From Halioglobus sp. (GTDB lineage: Bacteria > Pseudomonadota > Gammaproteobacteria > Pseudomonadales > Halieaceae): a DNA stretch of 64,000 bases. The stretch is from assembly GCA_034521205.1 (NCBI GenBank), contig JAXHMT010000002.1:37896-101895 (forward strand). Direction: 5' to 3'. Position 1 is the stretch's first letter, and every line of letters starts with the position of its first letter. The notes beneath the pieces were generated by a model. That model was not told the origin of the DNA, searched no databases, and saw only the letters and a list, made by a program, of their open reading frames with translations. The position numbers were made by a program, and so were the translations under genes. Below are positions 10,190 through 18,234 of this stretch, piece after piece.

Positions 10190-10876
10190 TTGATAGAGCC
10201 AACTCAGGCAGGAGCAATTCAACGTGCAGCAGGCGCAATTCAACGTGCAGCAGGCGCAATTCGAACGCCAGCCCGCAGGCGGCTTCGGCAAGAGAGCATT
10301 GGATATCGGCACGGCCTGGTCTGCCTGCCGGTCACCTGGCCGGTGATGTTGCTCGCCATTCTTGCGATCAAGATCGAGGATGGGGGCGGTGCCCCGGTGA
10401 TCTTGCGTCAGCGGCGTGTGGGTTTGCATGGAGCCGTGTTCAGCGTGATGAAGTTTCGCAGCATGGCGACCATTGCGAAAAGTGACGGCGAGGCGCGCTG
10501 GGCGATTGCAAATGATGCCAGGCTTACCCGGGTCGGGCAGCTTATCCGCAAATTGCATATTGATGAGCTGCCGCAGATTTTCAATCTATTAAGAGGGGAT
10601 ATGTCCCTCGTCGGCCCACATCCCGAGCGCCCCGAAATTGTCGGCGAACTGGCCAGGAAAATTCCCCAGGTCCACACACGCCACTGTGTCAAGCCCGGTA
10701 TAACCGGCTGGGCACAAATCAACTATCCTTATCGTGCATCAGTGGCTGATGCCAGAAACAAGTTCAAGTCTGATTTGTACTACGTGAAGAACCAGAGTCT
10801 GTATCTGGATTTCATGGTCTTGCTGCGGACCGTTAAATTGGCGCTGTTTGGCAAGCGAATACAGAAACAAGGGTAA
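10190..10876 (+). pseudogene. Polyprenyl-phosphate sugar-1-P transferase (Bac_transf, WcaJ/PssA-like), short form with an N-terminal frameshift
   Basis: KRALDI (10290-10307) is out of frame with QRRVG, KFRSM, TRVGQLIRKLHIDELPQ, GDMSLVGP.PERP, KPGITGWAQIN and DLYYVKN. Confidence 0.85.
10205..10267. repeat. 21-bp tandem repeat CAATTCAACGTGCAGCAGGCG (two full copies plus partials)
   Basis: Copies at 10215-10235 and 10236-10256, partial from 10257. Confidence 0.85.
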
Positions 10877-10888
10877 CGGTTTTCGCCG

Positions 10889-13456
10889 TCAGGATTTCGA
10901 GTCCTGCCGCAGGGTCTGCTCCAGTTTCTTGGTTGCGGTGATATCCAGCAAGGTAATGACCACCCCGTCAATCACATTGTCCAGCCTGCGATAGGGCATT
11001 ATCCTTACCGTGAACCAGCGGCCGTCTGTGGCCAGTATCTGCTTCTCCGAAAATACCAGGGTACGCAGGGTTTCCAGCGCATCACTATGCAGGTCCGGGT
11101 ACTGGAGATTGCTGGTAAGGTCACTGAGTGGCCGCCCCAGGTCGCTCTCCCGGACATTGATGATTTTTGTTGCCCGGTCAGTGTAGCGTCTGACGTTCAA
11201 GTCCTGATCCAGAAACAGAATTGCGATCTCGATGCTGTTGAGCAGGTTGCGCATGTCACTCTGGGCCAGCGCGAGATCATCCAGCTTGGACTGCATCTCT
11301 GCATTGATGGTTTGCAGCTCCTCGTTCATCGATTGCATTTCTTCCTTGGAGGTTGTGAGCTCCTCATTCGTGGATTGCAGCTCTTCGTTGGTAGATTGCA
11401 ATTCCTCGTTCGCGGACTGCAGTTCTTCCTTGGATGCGTGAGCTTCCTCACGCAGGCTCTGTATTTCGTCGCGGTATTGCTGGATCTCGTGTTCATGAGA
11501 GCTTGCCAGGGTTGTTTTCCCCTTTTTCCGTGCAACGTCCGCACTTGTCCGGGCGATATCGTGAAACACGATCATGCTCGTGCCGCGCGGGCTGTCCGGC
11601 GGTGCCAGCGCCTGTATCGTGATATCGACCTGCTGCCCGCCGCCGCCCGGTAACTGTACCTGCAGCCCGTGCAGATGTTGCGTTTCACCCTCCTTGGCCA
11701 ACTTCTTCAGGGCGGTACTGATCGGTATCTGCAGACTCTCACGCACCATTGCGTGGAGGTTCCAGTTGGCTTTCCCCGTAGCGGGCTCCAGGTACTTCCC
11801 CGTGCGACCGCTGATATAGAGAATGTCACCGTCCTGGTTGATGACGACCGCAGCGGGGGCATAGACCTGCAGCAGGACCTGATCGGCGGTCGCCTGCAGG
11901 TTATCGCTTAAGGGAGGGGTAGTGGCCATGGGTTGCTCCCTGGCTTTTTTTGACAGTGGTGGAAAGGAATTTAGCAGAAACTCCGTCTTGCCACTAAGGG
12001 TGCTATCCTGGCGTCGGTACAGGCGCAGTTTGGACTCCAGCGGCGCGAACAGCCGGGTGTGCTGCCCCACCGTTTCAGCAGTACCCAGCAGCAGCACTCC
12101 GCCCCGGCGCAGGCTGTAGTGAAACATCGGTATCAGGCGGCGCTGCAGGTTGGCATCGAAGTAAATGAGCAAATTGCGGCAGCAAATCATGTCGAGTTTG
12201 GTAAACGGCGGATCCAGTATCACATCCTGCTGGGCGAACAGCACCATGTCCCGAATGTCGCTGTTGATCTGGTAACTGCCGGTGTGGGCAGTGAAAAATC
12301 GCTCCAGCCGCTCTGTTGATACCTCGGCTTCGATCGCGGCGGGATAGCGCCCACGGCGGGCGGTATCTATGGCCTCCCGGCTAAGGTCTGTGGCAAAGAT
12401 CTGCAGGGAGAAATCCCGGAAACTGCTGTGCTGGCGGATCACCTCTTTGAAGCTTATCGCCAGCGAATAGGCCTCTTCACCCGTTGAGCAGCCGACCACC
12501 CAGGCCCGCAATCTTCGCAGCTCGCTGCGCTGGGCCAGCAACTCCGGCAGCGCGACCGTTGCCAGGTGCTCCCAGACCGCAGGGTCGCGGAAAAAGCTGG
12601 TCACGCCGATCAGCAGTTCCTTGAAGAGCAGGTCTATCTCCTGAGGGTTCGCCTGCAGATATTCTGCGTAGTCTTCAGGCGTGGCAATAGCATGGATGGC
12701 CATACGGCGTTCTATGCGCCGGTTCAGGGTGCTGCGCTTGTAGAGAGAAAAATCGTGCCGGGTTCTCTGCAGCAGCAGATCGAAGGTGGTCTGTAGTGGT
12801 TCGTGGTCTATTTCCTGATCCCGGGCGGGATAATTCGGGTCTCGAACATGGGCGATGTAGGCCAGAATTCGTGCCGGCAATTCCTCCGGCGGCGCCACGA
12901 TGTCACCGCACTCCGCGGCGATGGCGCTTTTGGGCATCGAGTCGAATTGCGCGGTATCCGGGCGCTGCACCACGGTTAAACCGCCGACAGCCCTGACTGC
13001 CTGCAGGCCCAGGGTGCCGTCGGAACCCATACCGGAAAGGACCACGGCGATGGCGCGCTCACCCAGTGCGCCCGCCAGGGAAGAGAACAGCACGTTGATT
13101 GGCAATTGCATGCCCCGGGGTTCCACGGGCGTCTCCAGTTGCAAGGTGCCGTGGCTTACGCTGAGTTCGGTATTGGGAGCGATGACGTAGACACAGTCGG
13201 GCTCTATGCGCATATTCTGGCGCGCCTCGCGCACCGGCATCGGGGTAGTCCGCTGTAGTAGCTCTGATAGCACTGTTTCGTGGGTGGGATCGAGATGCTG
13301 CACAACGATGTAAGCCATGCCGCTGTGCGCTGGAGTATTCCCGAGAAATGACTCCAGCGGCGCCAGGCCTCCGGCAGACGCGCCAATGCCAACAATGCGG
13401 GTCGCCGCGGATCGGGGTGTTGCGGGTGGTGAGTCGGCGGGTATCAGGGCAGCCAT
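10889..13456 (-). CDS. CheB methylesterase-CheR methyltransferase-PAS-coiled coil-PAS fusion, no kinase domain
   Basis: GASAGG/QHL/LSGMGSDG triad; TSFFRD, GCSTGEEAYS, CRNLLIYF; EELQSTN heptads; C-terminal PAS (GRPLSDL). Confidence 0.93.
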   Translation of the reverse strand: MAALIPADSPPATPRSAATRIVGIGASAGGLAPLESFLGNTPAHSGMAYIVVQHLDPTHETVLSELLQRTTPMPVREARQNMRIEPDCVYVIAPNTELSVSHGTLQLETPVEPRGMQLPINVLFSSLAGALGERAIAVVLSGMGSDGTLGLQAVRAVGGLTVVQRPDTAQFDSMPKSAIAAECGDIVAPPEELPARILAYIAHVRDPNYPARDQEIDHEPLQTTFDLLLQRTRHDFSLYKRSTLNRRIERRMAIHAIATPEDYAEYLQANPQEIDLLFKELLIGVTSFFRDPAVWEHLATVALPELLAQRSELRRLRAWVVGCSTGEEAYSLAISFKEVIRQHSSFRDFSLQIFATDLSREAIDTARRGRYPAAIEAEVSTERLERFFTAHTGSYQINSDIRDMVLFAQQDVILDPPFTKLDMICCRNLLIYFDANLQRRLIPMFHYSLRRGGVLLLGTAETVGQHTRLFAPLESKLRLYRRQDSTLSGKTEFLLNSFPPLSKKAREQPMATTPPLSDNLQATADQVLLQVYAPAAVVINQDGDILYISGRTGKYLEPATGKANWNLHAMVRESLQIPISTALKKLAKEGETQHLHGLQVQLPGGGGQQVDITIQALAPPDSPRGTSMIVFHDIARTSADVARKKGKTTLASSHEHEIQQYRDEIQSLREEAHASKEELQSANEELQSTNEELQSTNEELTTSKEEMQSMNEELQTINAEMQSKLDDLALAQSDMRNLLNSIEIAILFLDQDLNVRRYTDRATKIINVRESDLGRPLSDLTSNLQYPDLHSDALETLRTLVFSEKQILATDGRWFTVRIMPYRRLDNVIDGVVITLLDITATKKLEQTLRQDSKS

Positions 13457-13478
13457 GGCGCGGAGCCGCTAATCGGGG

Positions 13479-14084
13479 TTAGCCGACACTCGCGCACTCA
13501 CAGCAGGCCAACAGCGTAAACCCGCTCCCGGGCAAGGCGGATGCCAGGAACTGCAAGGGTGGTCTGGCTCCGCTCGGGCCGGGTTGCCTTGGCACCGCGC
13601 AGGAAGCCCTGCCCCCATTATTTACTACACGCCGCAGCAAATCCCCCAGTAGGGGCCTGAATTCCGGTGTCAGGAGAGTGTCGATTCGGCGCCCCCCCAG
13701 GTCGATCCCGGCAACGCCAAAGAGCTCCGAGGCAGCGGGATTGCCCTCGATGACGATGCCATCGTGATCAAGGATAAAGTAGGCCAGGGGCGCGCATTCG
13801 TAAAGCGCCCGGTAGCGGCTGAGCTCTTCCACCATCGCCCGTTCATTGGCGGCAATCTCCTCGTTCTGCAGGTCCAGCTCCACCTGATGAACCTGTAATT
13901 CATGCAGGAACCTGAGGGCGTCGTCCGCGGTTTCGGGATTACCGGCCAAGCGGTGCAGCAGGCGCAGGGCATCCACACTCATTGCGCAGTGGGTTGTGGG
14001 GGGCGTTGTTCCCGCCGCCAGTTGCGCTTCTGCCTTGTCGCGCAATTGCGTATAGACAGCGGGTTCACTAATGGATGTCAACAT
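13479..14084 (-). CDS. Coiled-coil (HELQVHQVELDLQNEE) plus single PAS domain protein
   Basis: Signalling helix followed by RYRALYECAPLAYFILDHDGIVIEGNPAASELFG PAS; no output domain. Confidence 0.8.
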   Translation of the reverse strand: MLTSISEPAVYTQLRDKAEAQLAAGTTPPTTHCAMSVDALRLLHRLAGNPETADDALRFLHELQVHQVELDLQNEEIAANERAMVEELSRYRALYECAPLAYFILDHDGIVIEGNPAASELFGVAGIDLGGRRIDTLLTPEFRPLLGDLLRRVVNNGGRASCAVPRQPGPSGARPPLQFLASALPGSGFTLLACCECASVG

Positions 14085-14160
14085 ACAATGTGCAGCCTCT
14101 CCTGCAGCTATTCAGTCTAGCGTATCGCAGCAGTAGATAGTATCGTCTCACTACCCCTTC

Positions 14161-14176
14161 GGTGCAGAGACGCCCA
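14161..14176. promoter_or_regulatory. CRP-like operator (GGTGCA-GAGA-CGCCCA) upstream of the PAS/cheBR pair
   Basis: Degenerate motif match; weak minus-strand TATCTA (14134-14139) 21 bp away. Confidence 0.4.
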
Positions 14177-14345
14177 GAAAGGGCCCTCTGGATGGCCATT
14201 GACGGATTCTATCCACGCTTGGCCATGCTCTCCAGCTATCTGCAGACCATGGCTAACTGTGGATACAGCCCCCTCGTCGCTATACAGCTCGCTCCCTGGC
14301 CAACTTTACGCCGAAGGGGGCGAGTAGTTATTACCTTCAGACTAA

Positions 14346-15545
14346 TCATGTGACCGTCCCGTATGCCACTGCCTGTTCCCGCTCTCGATGATAGAACTGG
14401 AAATTATTCCGACCCTGCCCCTTTGTCATGTACATGGCGGTATCCGCATTCTGCAGCAAGCTCATCGCATCTTGACCGTCCGCAGGGTAGGAGCTGATGC
14501 CGATACTCAAGCTTACATTCAGATCGTGACCGTCAATAACCCGAGGCCGTGTAAATTTGGCCAGCAACTTTTTAGCGACCTCAGCAGCATCCTCCATTTT
14601 CTCAACCTGGGGCAGCAGAATAACAAACTCATCCCCGCCGAGGCGACCAACGGTATCCGTGCCGCGCACGCAGGACACCATCTCCGCCGCTGCTTCCTGC
14701 AAAAGTTGATCGCCAACCGCATGACCACAGGAATCATTGATCTGCTTGAAATAATCCAGATCGAGAAAAAGCACAGCGACCTGCTTGCGGTTCCGCTTTG
14801 CCATGCCGATAGCCTGGGTCAGGCGCTCCATCAACAGCAGGCGGTTGGGCAAGCCAGTAAGACTGTCGTGCTGTGCAAGATAGCTCATATTATCTCTCAC
14901 ATGCCGGGATTCCTGCGCATCATGGAAGACTATGACGGCACCAGCCAGTTTTCCGTGTCGGTTGAGGATAGGCGCCGCCGAGTCCTCAATCGCAAGATCA
15001 CTGCCGTCATGGCGTATGAGTACGCTACCGAGTTCAAGCTCGACTATCCGGCCCTCGTTCATCGCCCGTTTCGACGGGCTGATTCGAGGCTTCCGGGTGG
15101 TACCGTCAACAATGGAAAAGACATCAGCTTCGGGACGTCCACATGCCTCTGCGCTGGCCCAGCCGGTCAGCTTTTCAGCAACCCTGTTGAGATAAATCAC
15201 GATTCCATCCGGGTCGGTAACCAATACGGCGTCGCCGATAGCGTTCAGCGTGATCTGCGCCATGTCGCCAAAGGACATCTCACTAAAGGCGGTCCTGGTC
15301 GTCTCATCATTGCAGTCTGTCTGAGTAGACAAGTTGCCCGTCCAGGTGCAGACGGGGTCCCCATTTCCTGCGGCACACCGGTAACGATGAACAGGGAAGA
15401 AAAGGCTCATCAGCCGATCGACGGGGCGACGCTCAATAGGGATCAGCGAGCTGTTACAACGCGGACATGCCGGCGTGGTAACGGCGGGAGCACTGCGGTT
15501 CCAAGCCCCACCCGTATGCTTTATAAGACTGTTTTTAGTTCCCAT
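14346..15545 (-). CDS. Diguanylate cyclase: N-terminal 4-Cys motif, PAS/PAC and GGDEF
   Basis: CPRC...RYRC...C; ITLNAIGDAVLVTD PAS; HDSLTGLPNR, FLDLDYFKQIND, RLGGDEF. Start codon uncertain. Confidence 0.92.
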   Translation of the reverse strand: MGTKNSLIKHTGGAWNRSAPAVTTPACPRCNSSLIPIERRPVDRLMSLFFPVHRYRCAAGNGDPVCTWTGNLSTQTDCNDETTRTAFSEMSFGDMAQITLNAIGDAVLVTDPDGIVIYLNRVAEKLTGWASAEACGRPEADVFSIVDGTTRKPRISPSKRAMNEGRIVELELGSVLIRHDGSDLAIEDSAAPILNRHGKLAGAVIVFHDAQESRHVRDNMSYLAQHDSLTGLPNRLLLMERLTQAIGMAKRNRKQVAVLFLDLDYFKQINDSCGHAVGDQLLQEAAAEMVSCVRGTDTVGRLGGDEFVILLPQVEKMEDAAEVAKKLLAKFTRPRVIDGHDLNVSLSIGISSYPADGQDAMSLLQNADTAMYMTKGQGRNNFQFYHREREQAVAYGTVT

Positions 15546-15579
15546 ATTCCAGATAATTTCAAGTAATCTTTGCTCAGTC

Positions 15580-15632
15580 TGTGCGAAAACACACATAAAG
15601 CCCCTGCGACCCGCTCAGTGCGCCGCCGAACC
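15580..15632. promoter_or_regulatory. Divergent CRP-like operators: TGTGCG-AAAA-CACACA (15580-15595, faces the DGC) and AGTGCG-CCGC-CGAACC (15617-15632, faces GlsB/YeaQ)
   Basis: Minus-strand AATTAT (15553-15558) and plus-strand TAAATT (15654-15659), each 21 bp away. Confidence 0.65.
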
Positions 15633-15731
15633 GACGGACTCTATCGCGCGGCGTAAATTAACCCTTGCGCGTTGGACGTAATCTGACTGGACTGACGCTT
15701 TGTGCGTCGATATCAACGGGAGTAAGGAATC

Positions 15732-15998
15732 ATGGGTATTATCATATGGCTCATCATGGGTGGCATCGTCGGCTGGATCGCGAGCATGATCATGGGAACC
15801 AACGGGCGGCAAGGCATTATCCTCAACATTGTGGTCGGGATAGTTGGTGCACTCATCGGCGGCTGGCTGATCGGACCACTGATCGGCGCTGGATCCATCA
15901 ACGACGGCATCACCTTCATGAGCTTTATCGTGTCGCTGATCGGTGCGGTGATTCTGCTCTTCGTAGTCGGCCTGTTCCAGCGCAAGTCTGCACACTAA
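15732..15998 (+). CDS. GlsB/YeaQ/YmgE transglycosylase-associated stress membrane protein
   Basis: MGIIIWLIMGGIVGWIASMIM...ILNIVVGIVGALIGGWL...SLIGAVILL. Confidence 0.92.
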   Translation: MGIIIWLIMGGIVGWIASMIMGTNGRQGIILNIVVGIVGALIGGWLIGPLIGAGSINDGITFMSFIVSLIGAVILLFVVGLFQRKSAH

Positions 15999-16319
15999 GT
16001 TGCTGCTGCCGGTCGTGTGCCCCAATAGAGCATCAGACCGGCTTGCGGAGATCCCTGGGGCTGTCGAGGCCGAGCAGGCTTGGAGCCTCTCTCCCATCCC
16101 CGGCTCCCTCCGTCGCCAGCCGTTGCTCCCACCTCGCGCGGACAGCTGACCAGGTAACGGTAAACTGAAGACCAATACGAAGGGCGAAGGCCAACAGGCC
16201 GTCGGTCAGCACAACCTTATTCTTTTGCAAGTTGGAAAAGCCGCCCTCTCCGGGAAAATTTCTCCGAAAAGCTTCTGCTGCCTATCAAGTCGCGGCTTTG
16301 GAAAAAATCACGCCGTATA

Positions 16320-16335
16320 AGTTGGCCAGCGCACC
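16320..16335. promoter_or_regulatory. CRP-like operator (AGTTGG-CCAG-CGCACC) upstream of the second csbD
   Basis: TACCCT at 16357-16362, 21 bp downstream; same half-site type as at csbD1. Confidence 0.5.
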
Positions 16336-16441
16336 GACCAGACACTGGCATTTGATTACCCTGATGAGCTCACGCTGCCTCCTGCCATGAACCCATGCGA
16401 GGAGGAAGCCCGTAAACAAACACTTATCTGGAGATCGGCCA

Positions 16442-16621
16442 ATGAACAAGGATCAAGTAAAAGGACGTGTCAACGAGGCAAAAGGCAAGGTCAAGGAGAC
16501 CGCAGGCAAAGTGACCGGCGACAAGAGTACCGAGATAAAAGGCAAAGTCGAAAAGCAGGGCGGCAAGGCCCAATCGAAATACGGCGACATCGCAAGCGAC
16601 GTCAATAAAACAAAAAAATAG
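16442..16621 (+). CDS. csbD: CsbD/YjbJ general stress protein (59 aa, below the ORF-track cutoff)
   Basis: GGAGA SD; MNKDQVKGRVNEAKGKVKETAGKVTGDKSTEIKGKVEKQGGKAQSKYGDIASDVNKTKK*. Confidence 0.92.
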   Translation: MNKDQVKGRVNEAKGKVKETAGKVTGDKSTEIKGKVEKQGGKAQSKYGDIASDVNKTKK

Positions 16622-16684
16622 CCCCATCACTGACACGGTCGAAGAGTATGCCTGACGCCATATGGCATTTGACCGACAAGCCCT

Positions 16685-16796
16685 AGGATTTGGGGTCAGG
16701 ATTTGGGGTCAGAGTAAAAATTCAACCGTAAGCCGCGTATTACATGCATGAAAGCAACGCAAAAGAAAATGGGTAGTTTTTACTCTGACCCCAAAT
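16685..16796. mobile_element. 96-bp MITE/REP-like element with 20-bp perfect terminal inverted repeats, plus a 13-bp tandem duplication at the left end
   Basis: ATTTGGGGTCAGAGTAAAAA (16701-16720) and its reverse complement (16777-16796); AGGATTTGGGGTC twice (16685-16710). Confidence 0.65.
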
Positions 16797-16800
16797 ATTC

Positions 16801-17964
16801 TTATGGCAACTGTTCACGCAGAAAACGCAGGACGTTGCCGCCCATGACCGCGCGAATTTCCGTCTCGCTGAAATTCGCGTCGAGCATGGCCTGTGTCAGT
16901 GCGGCCAGTTCGGATGTGTCGGTGTGCGTCTTCACGGTGCCGTCGTAATCCGAGCCCAGTGCGATGTGGTCGACGCCGAGCAGTTCAATACCGTAGCGGA
17001 TAGCGCCGGCGATGCCGGCCGGACTGGCGTCGCAGACCGCGCCCTCCCAGTAGCCCACGCCGACGAGGCCACCGGCGGCGGCGATATCCCGCATGAGCTC
17101 ATCGTCCAGGTTGCGCGGTGTATCGCAGTGGCCGCGAAATCCGCCGTGGGAGAGAACGACCGGGCGTTTCGACATGGCCAGTACGTCGCGCACCATCGCC
17201 GGCGAGGCGTGGGCCACGTCGATGGTCATGCCGAGCTGTTCCGCGCGCGCGACCACCGCGCGCCCGAATTCCGTCAGGCCCTCGCCGCTGGTGCCGTGCA
17301 GCGAGCCGCCCAACCTGTTGTCGAAAAAGTGCGTGAGGCCGACGAAGTGCAGCCCCTGCTTGTGCAGCGCGTCGAGATTGTCGAGCTCGCCCTCCAGGGG
17401 GTGCGCCCCCTCGATCAGGTACATGGCACCGACCGTATCGGGGTCGGCGGCCCGGGCCTCCCGCAGGCGCTGCAGGTCCTCCCGATTGCGCACCAGTATC
17501 AGCCGGTTGTCCGGTTCGGCCTCCAGTTCGCGCAGGCGCCGCAGCTGGTATTCCGCCCGCGCGTACAGCGATGTCCAGGTGGCGATCGGCCAGCCCTGAA
17601 CGACGGCCAGGGCGGTAATATTGTCCGTGGAGCCGGTGTTGCTTTCGTAATTCTGGCCGCGGGGACTCTTGGTCGTGGCGGAAAATACCTGGAGGGCGAC
17701 ATTGCCCCGTCGCAGGCGCGGCAGATCGACATGGCCGCGCTGTGATTCCTCGGCGAGGTCCCGGGCCCACAGCAACGAGTCGGTGTGCAGATCCGCGATG
17801 AACAGCGAGTCGTGCAGCGCCTGTGCGCGCGGCGCAATGACATAGGGATCATGGGGTTCAACACGGTTGAGAGAGGACTCCAGCACGGGGGGCAGCAACA
17901 GGCGACCCGCGACGAGCACGACGATCAGTATGAGCACGGAAAAAATCAGGGTGCGTTTCAGCAC
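16801..17964 (-). CDS. Membrane dipeptidase (M19/renal dipeptidase family)
   Basis: GTG start after GGAG; N-terminal TM; DLHTD, IEGAH, THFFDN, DVAHAS, SHGG, GSDYDG. Confidence 0.92.
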   Translation of the reverse strand: MLKRTLIFSVLILIVVLVAGRLLLPPVLESSLNRVEPHDPYVIAPRAQALHDSLFIADLHTDSLLWARDLAEESQRGHVDLPRLRRGNVALQVFSATTKSPRGQNYESNTGSTDNITALAVVQGWPIATWTSLYARAEYQLRRLRELEAEPDNRLILVRNREDLQRLREARAADPDTVGAMYLIEGAHPLEGELDNLDALHKQGLHFVGLTHFFDNRLGGSLHGTSGEGLTEFGRAVVARAEQLGMTIDVAHASPAMVRDVLAMSKRPVVLSHGGFRGHCDTPRNLDDELMRDIAAAGGLVGVGYWEGAVCDASPAGIAGAIRYGIELLGVDHIALGSDYDGTVKTHTDTSELAALTQAMLDANFSETEIRAVMGGNVLRFLREQLP

Positions 17965-18074
17965 GGCGGTGGCTCCCGGCCTGTAACAGCCATTGTTGTT
18001 GTAGCCGAAGGGTAGCAGAGGCGGGCCGGCCACGCTTGCCGGGGCACACGTCGCGTGAGAGCCTTGGCCTGAGG

Positions 18075-18151
18075 CAGCGCGGGTGCAGCGCGGGGATAGC
18101 GCGGGGGTAGCGCAAGGGCACGGCAAGGGCAGCGCGGGCGCAGCGCAGGTA
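18075..18151. repeat. Degenerate 11-bp tandem repeat (YAGCGCGGGNN) x7 in the divergent dipeptidase/aidB promoter
   Basis: Units start at 18075, 18086, 18097, 18108, 18119, 18130 and 18141; TATAAT at 18166-18171. Confidence 0.7.
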
Positions 18152-18234
18152 AAATGCGTGGGCGGTATAATGCCCTTACCGGCGGCTGCCCCCGGCCCGC
18201 CGCGCGAACCGCGCGACCAGAGAGGAGCACGATC

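Noticed and set aside
10890-10925. TTCGAGTCC as a tRNA T-loop
   Set aside because: No T-stem pairing or cloverleaf; it lies within the cheBR 3' end.
14388-15566. Long antisense ORFs (also 21268..22056, 35579..36775, 36510..37814, 48340..50829, 51843..53045, 61471..62982)
   Set aside because: Shadow frames of recognisable genes in GC-rich DNA; no motifs.
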